From contig OX597836.1 of NCBI GenBank assembly GCA_951406725.2, positions 27,838,001 to 27,902,000 of the forward strand: DNA of 64,000 bases. Direction: 5' to 3'. Below are positions 39,228 to 54,691 of this stretch, one piece after another. The translations under genes and the position numbers were made by a program. The stretch is from Octopus vulgaris (lineage: Eukaryota). Each line of letters opens with the position of its first letter. Position 1 is the first letter of the stretch. The notes below the pieces were generated by a model. The model was not told the DNA's origin. It saw only the letters and a program-made list of their open reading frames with translations, and made no database searches.

Positions 39228-39915
39228 GTGGTGGTAATGGTGGTGGTGGTGGTGTGGAGGGGGGATGGGAAGGGCTGGTGGTGATAAAGGTGTGTCAATT
39301 GGTGGTGATGGTGGCGATTGTGGCGATGGTGGCGATGGTGGTGGTGATGGTGGCGGCGACAGCGGCGGTGGTCGTGGTCGTGGTCGTGGTCGTGATCGTG
39401 GTCGTGGTGGAGATAGTGGTGGTGGTGGTGGTGGTGGTGGTGGTAATGGTGGTGTTGGTGGTGGTGTGGAGGAGGATGGGGAGGACTGGTGGTGATAAAG
39501 GTGTGTCAATTGGTGGTGATGGTGGCGATGGTGGTGGTGATGGTGGTGGTGGTGGTGGTGTTGGTGGTGGTGGTGGTGGTGGTGGTAGTGGTGGTGGTGG
39601 TGATGAAGGTGTGAGAATTGGCGACAATGGTGGGAATGGTTGTTGTAATGTAACTAGTGGTGGTGGTGGGGGGGATTTGGTGACGATGATGGTGATGCGG
39701 TGGAGTAAGAATTGGCGGTGATGTTGATGGTGGTGGTGGTATAGAAATCGGAAGTGACGGTAATGGTTGTCACGGTGGGGATGAAGTGACAGTAGCGGTT
39801 GTCAGGGTGGTGTATCTGTTGTTGTTGTAGTTGTTGTTGTTGTTGTTGTTGGTGGTGGTGGTGATGGTGGTGGTGGTGGTGGTGGTGGTGGTGGTTTTGG
39901 CGGTGGTGGTGGTTG
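39228..39915. repeat. (GGT)n-rich low-complexity tract with internal duplication
   Basis: GGTGATAAAGGTGTGTCAATTGGTGGTGATGG at about 39280 and 39491. Confidence 0.9.
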
Positions 39916-40301
39916 TGGTGTTTAACTTTCAGACATGAAAGACTTAAAATCATCTCTTTTGTGAACGAAAATGGTTATTGTTGTTGTTGTTCTTTAACTT
40001 CAGGTCAATCCTGATTGATCAAATCGATGACTAAAGGCATTCCAACTGTGACCATCTCGTCTGTGCAGTGCACTCAGGGCAACATCTGACGTGTATTTCT
40101 TTCTAAGACGGTAGGGTGTGATTTGAAGGAATTTGGCTGCTTCTATATAGATTCCATTATTCTAGCACTCTGTCACCTTCACCAACCCCAGACGTTCTGG
40201 AATCCATGCCCAACCATTGAGTTAAGTAAGTACAGGGAGAAATACAGATTGAAGTGTTCCGCCTAGAGACGAATTCACTCCCCAAGATTTAGTAGATACC
40301 A

Positions 40302-40361
<60 letters not shown>

Positions 40362-40489
40362 TTTATATGGAGAAGTGCAACAAGCACACAAGTCACCCTG
40401 TGGTGGGATGGTACCAACTGTCAAAGATTTAGTAGATACCAATTTATATATATATATATATCATTTATATGGAGAAGTGCAACAGCAAC

Positions 40490-41326
40490 ACAAGTCACCC
40501 TTTGGTGGAATAGTACCAACTGTCAATGATTTCAAAATGCACGTGTTTCCAAACATTGCACAAATCTTTAGCAATAGTCAATGGCTATGTGAGCGAGCCA
40601 TCTTAGCTCCACGTAATGATGCTGTCGACAAAATCAATTGGGATCTCTTGCAGCTGTTGCCAGGATACTGTCATTGATTAGGATCAAGCTGTAGTCTTTC
40701 CAACTGAGTTCCTGAACTCTCTACAGCCATCTGGGATGCCACCTCACAACTTAACACTTAAAATGGGGGCTCCAGTCAAGCTGCTCAGGAATCTGGATCC
40801 ACCTCGCCTGTGCAATGGTACCAGACTGGTGGTGAACGTGATGCAGCCTCATGTTCTAGAGGCAGCAATTATCACTAGAAAATATAAGGGTGAGGATGTC
40901 TTCATTCTACGGATCCCGTTAATTCCATCTAACCTCCCCTTTGAATTTAAATGGCTCCAGTTCCCAGTGAAACTAAGTTTCGCTATGTTGATAAACAAAT
41001 CTCAAAGACAGTCTTTCAAGGTTGTTGGACTTAACCTTGCTTCTTCTTGCTTCTCTCACAGGCAATTAAATGCAGGATGTTCTTGAGTTGGAAGTCCCAA
41101 AACTCTTTTTCTTTGTACCCCAATTAAAAAGGAACACTGAAAACATTGTATATTTAGAAGTTCTACAAAATAAAACTGTGATTTATTTCAGGATTTGTTT
41201 TGATAACTGCTTATACTCACGTCATCTGATAGAATTTTTCAGAAAATATATTTTTTATCAGAATAAATACATTTATTTCTTTTAACATTCTTTAAACTTC
41301 CTAGCATCGCCGGGTACTTAGGCTAG
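40490..41326 (+). pseudogene. Helitron RepHel PIF1-like helicase C-terminal remnant with 3' terminus
   Basis: [74 protein letters not shown]; ends hairpin CCTAGCATCGCCGGG and CTAG-T. Confidence 0.92.
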
Positions 41327-41342
41327 TATACAAACATACATA

Positions 41343-41404
<62 letters not shown>

Positions 41405-41447
41405 TTATCGGCCAGTCGCTCAAAAAATATTGTATAAATATGTATAT

Positions 41448-41494
<47 letters not shown>

Positions 41495-41938
41495 TTATAT
41501 ATTATACTATTATCACATAAAAACCTGACCTTTTTCAGTTTTACTGAGCTTTCTGTTAAACGCTTTGCACAAACGAAATATTTTTGTTATGATTACGAGG
41601 TATGTGGATAATACTTCAGTTGTACAAAATGATTTTTTATTTTATTTCAAAAGTTGATTTTGGAAATTGGAACATTCTTTGCACCGGGTTTGCTGATAAA
41701 TTAATCATTAGTTATATCACTGACGTTCAGTCTGTCTCTGGATTTATCTTCAGAGTATATATAACTCGTAAACAAGTATATATAACTAGGATATATATAA
41801 CAAGTAAAAGTCTCGTACAACAACACTATTCACGTCGGTATCAGAAGTTATATAATTTTGTAAGCAACTAACTTGATAAATACACCCATGCATATGCATA
41901 CACACTCACATATATATATGCACATATATATATGTATA

Positions 41939-42150
41939 CTCTTTTACTCTTTTACTTGTTTCAGTCATTAACTGCGGCTATGCTGGAGCACCGCCTTTAG
42001 TCGAGCAAATCGACCCCGAGACTTATTCTTTGTAAGCCCAGTACTTATTCTATCGGTCTTTTTTACCGAACCGCTAAGTGACAGGGACGTAAACACACCA
42101 GCATCGGTTGTCAAGCAATGCTAGGGGGACAAACACAGAGACACAAGCAC

Positions 42151-42207
<57 letters not shown>

Positions 42208-42373
42208 TACGACAGGCTTCTTTCAGTTTCCGTCTACCAAATCCACTCACAAGGCATTGGTCGGCCCGGGGCTATAGCAGAAGATACTTGCCCAAGATGC
42301 CACGCAGTGGGACTGAACCCGGAACCATGTAGCTTGTTAGCAAGCTACTTACCACACAGCCACTCCTGCGCCT
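41939..42373 (-). mobile_element. SINE A
   Basis: Full-length reverse complement. Confidence 0.9.
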
Positions 42374-42376
42374 ATA

Positions 42377-42468
<92 letters not shown>

Positions 42469-42589
42469 TAGTTTTAGAGACTTTTATGTATATGAACAAA
42501 ATATTGAGAGAAGTTCACTTTAGTACCTTTAATTTGAACGTCTCATAATCTTCCCTAATAATTATAATAATAATAATAATATATATATA

Positions 42590-42818
42590 CTGCGAACCAC
42601 ACGGCTTCACACCCGGAACGCCGTGAAGCGTCACAGCTTCGGCCTCGTCGTCACGTCCTTGCGCGCAGGTCGGCTCGACCTTGCATTCGGCCGACGGCGA
42701 ACGGTCGGCTCGGTGAACTGGTACGAACCGGGGGGATTCGACTGTCTTATTAAAAGAGACGGGAAGGACCGCCGCTTGCATACGACTCGACTTGCCGTTC
42801 GGAGTGACGTGCTTAGTA
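42590..42818 (+). pseudogene. 28S rRNA-derived fragment, apparently two non-contiguous pieces
   Basis: GC-rich island; 42715-42755 GAACTGGTACGAACCGGGGGGATTCGACTGTCTTATTAAAA matches the conserved LSU segment after expansion D8 (34/41 to the vertebrate sequence as recalled); 42776-42818 resembles the LSU 3'-terminal region. Confidence 0.65.
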
Positions 42819-44465
<1,647 letters not shown>

Positions 44466-44719
44466 ATTCTTATATATAGTAAAATAAGTATTTAGATAGA
44501 ATTAGGTACTTGAAAAGATATGCACCAAGTAAGGTTGGATAAACCTATGGTTGGTAAGTATCGAATACGATATTCTGGTTGTGTACACAGAAAAAACACA
44601 GCACTGTGAGTAACCCAACCCTCGGGGCTGCTCACAAAGTACGCTTTACAATGAATTGTACGTTGTTGGTATACACCAGGGAGTTCGACAAATCGTAAAT
44701 CCCCTTGGTATATTATAAT

Positions 44720-45016
44720 TAAATGAATAATATTAGACGATGGATAATTGTCAGCTCATTACAGCTGTTTCGTTCGCTATTTGTCAATGGAAGAATGAAA
44801 ACATTACTCCATTACAAGAAAAAAACCGTAATCATCAGATGATACGTAATTTTACAAAGAAAATAATATCACACGAATACAGCAGGGACGGGGCTGAAGT
44901 CTGTCGAGGCTAACCATTTCATGGTCGGCCTATGTTCTCATTCTTCCATTGACAAAATGCGTAAGAAACTGCTGTAATGACCTGACACTTATCCATCGTC
45001 TGTTATTATTCATTTT
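44720..45016. mobile_element. Diverged inverted pseudo-LTR pair (PLE-like)
   Basis: AGACGATGGATAATTGTCAGCTCATTACAGCTGTTTC vs GAAACTGCTGTAATGACCTGACACTTATCCATCGTCT. Confidence 0.7.
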
Positions 45017-45021
45017 GATTT

Positions 45022-45089
<68 letters not shown>

Positions 45090-45229
45090 TGTATGTGTGT
45101 GTGTGTGAGTATGCGTGTGTGTATATCTATACTAATTATGCTTTTGATAAATTGCCTACATATATATATATATATATATATATACACATTTATATACATA
45201 TATATATATAAATGCATACATATATATAT

Positions 45230-45261
<32 letters not shown>

Positions 45262-45457
45262 ATAAATTAATATTCACACACACATACACAATTTATATTC
45301 CTGTTTGCGCAAGCAAATACCTCATTGGTAGATATTTATCTTCATGAGAACCTGCATAAATATAAGAATAAAGTTCAGTTTGTCTCTATACAGTCATACA
45401 TACATTCATAATTATACATATAATGATATATATATACATTAATATATATATATATAA

Positions 45458-45570
<113 letters not shown>

Positions 45571-45792
45571 GTTTGTATGCTCGTATGTAATATGTGCTTA
45601 CGTATACATATATACAAGCGCATATTAATTTGATGTATAATGTCCAAACGGTTTCTTCAATCCAAGACAGCTCAGGAGACATTAACCACGAGAATTCGGG
45701 AATTTATTTCACAAAGGTGATGAAAGAACATTCGCTAAATGCCTGGCGCCGACATCAACCCACATTTTACTGCTTTTTTTTTGTTTGTGTCG

Positions 45793-45838
<46 letters not shown>

Positions 45839-45925
45839 TAAGGTTCAAATGTGTGTCTGCATGTTTATATAGACATTTGCATTAATTTATACAAATGTGC
45901 ACGTGTGTTAATAGATATATACATA

Positions 45926-45973
<48 letters not shown>

Positions 45974-46025
45974 TATATATGCATTTATTCCCAAATTTAT
46001 AACGATGTATATTAATTCATATATA

Positions 46026-46094
<69 letters not shown>

Positions 46095-46684
46095 GTATAT
46101 GCATGTATTAAAAAATTTATGAGGATGTTTATTAATACGTATGTATATATATATATATGTTATATCATATATGTATCTTTATGTGTGCGTATTTGTGTAT
46201 GAATCATGTGTCTGTGTGAATGTGTGCTCCACATTTAGTGTCAATGTTTTTGTTTTTTCAACTACATTTTTTTTGTTATTTTGTTAGGTTTTGATGTGTC
46301 TGTTGTTAGTTATCTTTATAATGCACGACTAACATCAGTTTCCTCCAGAAATTGGGGCTAAAATATGTGAGAAACGAAAACTAATTTATATGTGTATGTG
46401 TGTGTATGTACGTGCGTGCGCCTGTGTGGGGGATGTGATAAGGGACAACACACACACACACAAACACACAATATGTACAATGGGCTTTATTTTTTTTAGT
46501 TTCCGTCTGCCAAATCCACTCACGACGTTTTGGATGTTCGAAGGTCCAAACGCAGTGAGATCGAACCCTGAACCACGTTGTTATGAAATAAACTTCTTAC
46601 CACACAGTCACACCTGTCTGCATCTGTCTCGGTTAGTCTCTATCTCTCTTTCCCCATCTGTCTCTGTCTGCCTGTCTCTCTTTA

Positions 46685-46782
<98 letters not shown>

Positions 46783-47389
46783 AGTATATACATATCCTCT
46801 GTCTGACGTATTTTTTCTAATAGGAAATTCCTTACATCTCTATCTAACATGTAAATCTTTGTAATTCCTACTAACCAACGAAACAAGTGTAATGGAGAAT
46901 AAATCATGCCAACGACGAGAATGATTGCTCAATACCGCATTTGTAGATAGAACTTCTTTATTAAGGCTACCATTGGTTTTATGTTAAGAAAAATATCTTA
47001 ATATCTTAACAATTTTTCATGCCGATCACATGGAGAAATGGTGTTTGTCTCCATTTCAGATGAAAACACAAAGTCACGTGAATTCGCTGAGAGTCTCGTA
47101 AAAAAAGACGATTAACTAGGTGGCACAACTCTTGGATAACACCTTTTGATTGGTTATGTTTTTGGCTTTGACATTTGGGAAACATTCATGTTGGATGGTA
47201 AATTTGTTTGCATTATATTATATTATATTCTGGGTATATGTGAAGTTTGTATTTTTGTGTGGTGCGGTAGTTCGGCACGGAGGCATGTTTTTTCTATATG
47301 TGGGGTTCGTGTGTTGTATATATTCAATTTTCAGAGAAAGAAAATATCGTTGTGGGCTAGTGGCACGGGTGGTGGTTCTTCTTTCAAGT

Positions 47390-47650
47390 GTCTAAGTGTG
47401 AAATATTGCTTGTGCATGCAGGGAGGGAAGTTTTCATCCGTAATATTGGAGATATTATACGTTGACTGTATATTTAGTTTTTCACTGATACAAAGTTCAC
47501 ATTTGGTATCCCGTCCTCTATATTTTCTGCCTTTAGCAATGATGCTCCACTTTATCTAGGAGTTACTTATTTTCCTTCTTTCAATGTCCATATCATATTA
47601 GATAGGGATGTTGCACGTCTTTTAATTTTGTTCCTGTGAAAGAGTTTGGT
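47390..47650 (-). pseudogene. Penelope-like GIY-YIG endonuclease C-terminal remnant
   Basis: Reverse strand KRRATSLSNMIWTLKEG..IKWSIIAKGRKYRGRDTKCELCISEKLNI..CMHK. Confidence 0.75.
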
Positions 47651-48439
47651 TCATTCGTGACACTTTTGATACGATGTTTTAGATGGACAGTAAATACCCA
47701 GAGAGACGATATACCTTTGATTATGTGTGACATGTATGTGTATGTGTCTGTATGTGTGTGTGAGAGAGAGTGTCTGTGTGTGAGAGCGTGTGAATGTGTG
47801 TGTGTGTGTGAGTGTGTGTTTGTGTGTATGTGTGTATGTATAGAAGTATGTCTACGTTTGTGTGATGGTGGATGTGTGTGTAATACTGCTCTACAATAAA
47901 AGATATAAAAATTACAAACTCTTTGAACTGAATGAATTTAGGCATCTGTTAATTTTCATCTCTTCGTGTATCTGTTTCTTTATCTAATTAGTTTAGTTGA
48001 AGGATGAAGTGGTTTTAAGCAAAGGATTAAATCCTTACCCACGCACGAACAACAGCCTGACAGACTCTGAAAATGAAATACCATTTCATGCGCTCGGCCT
48101 TTAAATCAAAACGTAATCTCAATTGCAAAGCCAAGGATTTCTTAGTGTTTGATATTGAACATTTGCCAGCAAGATATAAATAGCTTAATCTATTCAATAG
48201 AAGAGACTCAAAATCATCTACAGCTGCATAACAAAAAATTGTTAATATTTTACAAGTAAATTTTATCAAATTAATGGAAAGAACAATTACTTGGATGTAT
48301 TTGCAAACAAAGCGTGGAAAAGGATTTACATTTTAAGAATTTTAAAAACTGTGCTTTTCGATCACGATCCTTAACAGTTGTTTCCCCTTGGATCTGTTTC
48401 AGGGTCCAGAAAGCTACTTACCACACAGCTACTCCTGCG

Positions 48440-48502
<63 letters not shown>

Positions 48503-48969
48503 CAGAGAAAGAGTTTAGGTCACTGCTGATCTAAAATATTAGGTGTGCGGTCTGAATACTTCAGTTGATAAGCTACAAGGATCCTAGTTCACGATGGAGG
48601 CTAAAGTTGTGGTAGCCACTGACCAGTAGCGAGAGAACCGGGGATCCGTAGACTACATCCGAGTCAGTAGATATACTTTAAAGAAGAGGAAAACAAAATC
48701 AAAGCAGAACAGGCAGAAATGATATTTTATATTTGCTTACTTCGCTCCACCATTAAATTAATTTAAACTGATAAGCATGTGTTGCCTAGATTTTGTTTTC
48801 CTCTTTTTTAAATCAAATATTATATATATATTACGGAGATGTACTTGCATAGGGAGTGACTTGATCTGAGATCGTGTGCTGGAACGAAAACAATTGCAGC
48901 GTGGAAGGTGTTTATAAGCCATTTAAGAAACACAAAAACCGTTAGATTCACTTCAACATTTAAATTTAA

Positions 48970-49020
48970 TTTGTCAAAATATTTTCGTCGCTTTGAGACC
49001 GCGACCTGTTCACTGACAAA
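48970..49020 (-). ncRNA. Hammerhead-shaped motif with non-canonical core
   Basis: TTTGTCA-GTGAACA-G-GTCGC..GCGAC-GAAAATATTT-TGACAAA: three stems intact, core GTGAACA instead of CTGANGA. Confidence 0.45.
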
Positions 49021-49048
49021 ACTCCGTGCTGTTGTTATATATATATAT

Positions 49049-49430
49049 GGATGGAAGCACTCCGTCGGTTACGACGACGAGGGTTCCGGTTGACCCGATC
49101 AACAGAACAGCCTGCTCGTGAAATTAACGCGTAAGTGGCTGAGCACTCCACAGACACGTGTACCCTTAACGTAGTTCTCGGGGATATTCAGCATGACACA
49201 GAGAGTGACAAGGCCGGCCCTTTGAAATACAGGTACAACAGAAACAGGAAGTAAGAGTAAGAGAAAGTTGCGGTGAAAGAGTACAGCAGGGATCACCACC
49301 ATCCCCTGCCGGAGACTCGTGGAGCTTTTTAGGTGTTTTCGCTCAATAAACACTCACAACGCCCGGTCTGGGAATCGAAACCGCGATCCTATGACCGCGT
49401 GTCCGCTGCCCTAACCACTGGGCCATTGCC
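49049..49430 (-). mobile_element. SINE B head/core with tail type 3
   Basis: 49260-49430 matches B head and core; 49049-49250 matches the tail of SINE D copies at 53170-53350 and 53890-54064. Confidence 0.85.
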
Positions 49431-50969
49431 AGGTGTGCTAACGTTTCTGCCAGCTCGCCGCCTTAGAAAGAAATACAATGAAGGCAATGAGTCGACAGTT
49501 GGTGCGTCGAACAAAATTCTTCGCAGTGTTTCTTCTTCTTTACATTCTGCGTTCAAGTTCCGCTGAAGTCGGCTTTGCTTTTTAATCTTTCAGAATCGAT
49601 AAAATAAGTATCATTACGCACTGGGGATCAATGTATTCGATCAGCCCCACCCTCTTCTTGAAATTTTCAGGTCTTGTGCCAAAACTTGAAACTACTTGTC
49701 ACCTCTAAAATATCAAACTGGACCCTTTCTTGGGTAGAAATTTAAAAAAAAAAAAGGTGGGGAGAAAGGGTTTTCGTCATTAAAATGCCAAGTCACGATC
49801 AGACGGTGTTGAAGGGGGCAATTTTAATGGTTAGATTAGACGGGCACGTTTTAATAGCTACACGGGCTTTCAGCTATAATAAATTTATGTGAATGTGTGA
49901 GTGTCTATGCGTGTAAGGTGGGAGACGTGTATAAGTGTATGTGTGTATGTGTGCGTGTGTGTGTGCATGTGTGAATGTATGTATGTGTGTGTGTGTGTGC
50001 ACGTGTGCGCGTGTGCACGTATTTTCGTTTCATTATGCTTAAAACAGCTTGTGTTTTCTTTCAGATGTTATTATCTCGTTTTATATCCGCTTCCAGTTCA
50101 AATTCGCCGCGTCTGGAATGAAAGATAAAGAACTAACAACTCTGCATTTCTTTCAGACACAGACAGAATCCCCCTTCGTTCTTGAAATAAGATGCCCCAC
50201 AACTTTCTCCCCAATTTCTATTCCTTTTTCCCTCCCTATCTCTTTCTCTTTCTCTTTCTCTCTCTCTCTTTCCCACAACAGTTACATCCATGATGAATTT
50301 TTTTTTTTCTTTTCTACTCTAGTATTAGATCGACCCCAGTACTTATTCTATCAGTCTCTTTTGCCGAACCGCTAATTTACGGGTACGTAAACACACCAGC
50401 ATCGGTTGTCAAGCGATGGTGGAAAGACAAACACAGACACAAACGCAAACACAAATGCCATCCTTTCTCACTTACTCTCTCTCCCCCTATATCTGTCTCT
50501 CCCCACAAAGTCACGGTCACCATTTTCCTCCCTCTCTGTTATATAAACCGTCACATCCCAAAACACTCTCACCATTTAGCAATCACCCCTCGCTCCTCAT
50601 TTTTCTTGTTATTGCAAAGGTCCCCGTTCAACACATTCACTCTGTCATACTCCATCATTCATCTTAGTTGTTTTTTCCTCACCTCACTTCTACCCCCACG
50701 TACCCGACCCTCTCGTACACCCCATCCTCCACCCCACCCTCTCTAAGTATTTTACCTCAGTTCATCGACCACATAAATCCTCCTTTCTGAAATATGCTTG
50801 CTGCCAGTGTAAGACCCTCAACCATAATTAATGACATTACACACAAAACACACACAAACACACACACATACATACATATGCGCATACACGCACACACACA
50901 CACACATACGCGCATACACAGATATATATTTTATTTTTATACATATGTATATGGGTAAGTTTATATCCA

Positions 50970-51062
<93 letters not shown>

Positions 51063-51075
51063 GTATATATATGTA

Positions 51076-51148
<73 letters not shown>

Positions 51149-51187
51149 GTATATATATGTGTGTGTATTTTTGTATATATATATATA

Positions 51188-51269
<82 letters not shown>

Positions 51270-51416
51270 AATCAAGCAACAAAGATATCTGCATTACTTC
51301 TGGATATCCTTGTTGCTTATTTTCAGTTTAATCACCTTACTTTGAAATTGTATGGATAATACAGTACTAAAATCTGGTGCCTCAACCTAAGTACCATATT
51401 CATCTGAATCTATATA

Positions 51417-51475
<59 letters not shown>

Positions 51476-51652
51476 ATACATATTCATATATGTGTATGTG
51501 TGTGTATGTAACAAAGCACAAAGAATACATTATATATATATATACATACATACACACACATATATGTATACAAATATATACATATATATCTATATATATA
51601 CACACATATACAGATATATCATACGTATGTAAATATATGTGTGTGCATACAT

Positions 51653-51687
<35 letters not shown>

Positions 51688-51775
51688 CGTACATACCCAC
51701 GCACACATGTAAGAATGTACACACATATGCATACATACATACATGCATACATACATGCATACATACATACACATG

Positions 51776-51831
<56 letters not shown>

Positions 51832-52024
51832 ATGTATTCATTGTGGTTTGTGCTACTGTTTCCTGTAAATCCTGCACACTGTCCCCTTGTCTCTCTCTCA
51901 CCCAACCATTTCTTCTCACCATTTTCACACCATTTCCATTCGTTCTCACCAACAATCAATCTTACTTGAGCTTTCACTTCAAAGAATTTCCCTAAAATAT
52001 TTAAAACATTTTCGATTTTAGCAT

Positions 52025-52029
52025 TTATT

Positions 52030-52082
<53 letters not shown>

Positions 52083-52231
52083 TTATTATTTATTACTATT
52101 ATTATCATCATCATTATTATTATTATCATCATCATTATTATTATTATTATCATTATTATTATTATTATTATTTTATTACTACTACTACTATTACTAATAC
52201 TACTACTAATATTATTATTATTATCATCATC

Positions 52232-52263
<32 letters not shown>

Positions 52264-52304
52264 CATCATAATCATCATCATCATCATCATCATCATTATT
52301 ATTA

Positions 52305-52360
<56 letters not shown>
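52025..52360. repeat. Compound (ATC)n/(ATT)n/(ACT)n microsatellite
   Basis: Direct inspection. Confidence 0.95.
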
Positions 52361-53024
52361 TGTGCCAAATTTTTCCCATTTTCATGTCTATGCAGTCAGT
52401 CCTTTTCTTCGCAAATATACACACATACATGTATGTTTATACATAGGCACATGATATATACTACAATGCACACACACACACACACACACACAGAGAAAAT
52501 GTAGCGAAAGAATGACAAAGATATACTTGTGTATGTCTTTTTGAGTATCATGAAAACAACAAGAAACTTATTCCTTGTACCTCAATCAAAATTTGAGCGT
52601 CGTTCATATAGCTTTTTTTCTTTTGTCCCGTTATGTGTTTCCGACTTTCTGTTTATCGAACAACGTGTCTGCCCGTATCTATTTATTTACCTGTAATTAA
52701 AAACAATAATTTGTGCAAATAGTGAGTGCAAATTAGTTTAGTGTGTTTGGTATTCAGCAAGAAATAACCTATAAAATAAACATTTCCCTTTGAAATATTG
52801 TTCAGATAGTTATATAAATATTTGTGTATAATGCATAATTTTAACAATTACCACTATTTTTTATGTGCCAATTGATATAATCATTCAATTTAGAACTTAT
52901 TTTAGATATGTGTTGGGGTGCGTGTATGTATGTGTTTGTGTTGCAATAATCACAAGATGCACTCATCAAGGCCACTCAAAATCTGAAAAAGTCATTCGTT
53001 TGGTCTTCTATCTTCATGTTGTTC

Positions 53025-53350
53025 AGGCGCGTGGCTTAGTGGTTAGGGCATTCGGCTCACAATCGTAAGGTTGTGAGTTCAATTCACGGCAGCGTGTTGT
53101 GTCCTTGCCCAAAGCACTTTATTTCACGTTATTCCAGTCTACTCAGCTGGAGAAAAAAAATGAGTAGTAGCTGTAATTCAACAGAGCCAAGCTTGTCACA
53201 TTTTGTGTCACGCTGAATCTCCCCGAGAACTATGTTAAGAATACGCGTGTCTGGGGAATACCCAGCCACTTGGCCGTTAATCTCACGAGCAGGTTGTTCC
53301 ACTGATCGGATCAACTGGAACACCCATCGTCGTAACCGACGGAGAGCCAC
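53025..53350 (+). mobile_element. tRNA-derived SINE, group D with tail 3
   Basis: GGCGCGTGGCTTAGTGGTTAGGG..GAGTTCAATTC..GTGTCCTTG..GCACTTT; second copy at 53752-54064. Confidence 0.85.
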
Positions 53351-53393
53351 TTAGTTTATCTATCTCTGTGTGTGTGCGTATACATATATATAA

Positions 53394-53487
<94 letters not shown>

Positions 53488-53596
53488 TTATATATATGTA
53501 TACGCACACACACAGAGATAGATAAACTAAGTGGCTCTCCGTCGGTTACGACGATGGGTGTTCCAGTTGATCCGATCAGTGGAACAGCCTGCTCGT
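53285..53596. repeat. Near-perfect fold-back palindrome centred on (AT)n
   Basis: SINE tail, unique flank and (CA)n on the left are mirrored on the right with one substitution and a (TG)n length difference. Confidence 0.9.
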
Positions 53597-53628
53597 TATC
53601 TATATATCTATATATATATATACATATC

Positions 53629-53681
<53 letters not shown>

Positions 53682-53751
53682 ATATATATATGTGTGTGTG
53701 TATGTATATATATATATGTGTGTGTGTATGTATATATATATATATATATGA

Positions 53752-54064
53752 AGGTGCTTGGTTTGGTGGTTAGGATATTTGGATCACGATCGTAAGGTCG
53801 TGAGTTCAATTCCCGGCGGCGATTTGTTTCCTTGAGCAAAATCCTTTATTTTATGTTGCTCCAGTCCACTCAGCTGGCAAAAATGAGTCGTATCTGTAAT
53901 TCAAAAGGGGCCGGCCTTGTCACACGCTGAATATCCCCGAGAACTATGTTAAGGATACGCGTGTCTGTGACATTTTCACCCATTTGCACGTTAATTTCAT
54001 GAGCAAGCTTTTCCGTTGAACGAATTAACCGGAAGCCCTCGTCGTCGCAACCGACGGAAAGCCA
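53752..54064 (+). mobile_element. SINE D with tail 3
   Basis: Colinear with 53025-53350. Confidence 0.8.
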
Positions 54065-54691
54065 TCTTTGGTTGATCCACCGCGTAATCTGTGAAGTCAC
54101 CCAGTAACACTTTTATCAACAAAATAGTAAGCAATTTGCAACTGTTAAGAGCATGCAAGAAAAAAGAAATTTCTTGAAATATATTTTAGTCATAAAATTA
54201 ATGATTAGAGGGTTAATATCTTCAGAAAAATAGCAAAAACATTATCATCTCAGCCTTAGTATCTCCTAGACTATAAATTACGCAAACAATTATCGTTAAA
54301 ACGAGAAGTGGCTCAGAGTAGGAAGTCAGAAAAAAATATAAAATAAGAGCTGAAAGATAAAAGGGAGGAGAGAGAAAAACGGAAGAACGTAAAGAGAGAC
54401 ATAGGTAGGGCTTTCCGTTAACTAAGTTTTATATAAGTGAAGGCTTCCTTAGATATGCTGATAGGCATTTCCTCCACAGTCATAGATACAAAATAGTTTT
54501 AATAAATATTCATCTACTTAGGGTCAATTTCAGCAGTACAACCGATATTAAATAGAGCATATCTCATAAGTACAACTGATTGTTTGATACTCATCAAGAA
54601 CCTTTGTCATATACTTACTCATCATCATCGGTGAGGCAGAGGTAAAATCTAAGTACATGAACGATGGCAGCAACCTAAAGTGTTACATCTA

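Noticed and set aside
39192-39953. Pro-rich, Gly-rich and His/Gln-rich ORFs resembling transcription-factor low-complexity regions
   Set aside because: All derive from (GGT)n/(GTT)n; no adjoining domain
40736-41086. Cellular PIF1 helicase gene
   Set aside because: Frameshifts, stop codons, degenerate motifs and a Helitron hairpin-CTAG end show it is a transposon relic
50831-52082. [12 protein letters not shown] and poly-Met ORFs here and throughout the window
   Set aside because: Di-, tri- and tetranucleotide microsatellite artefacts
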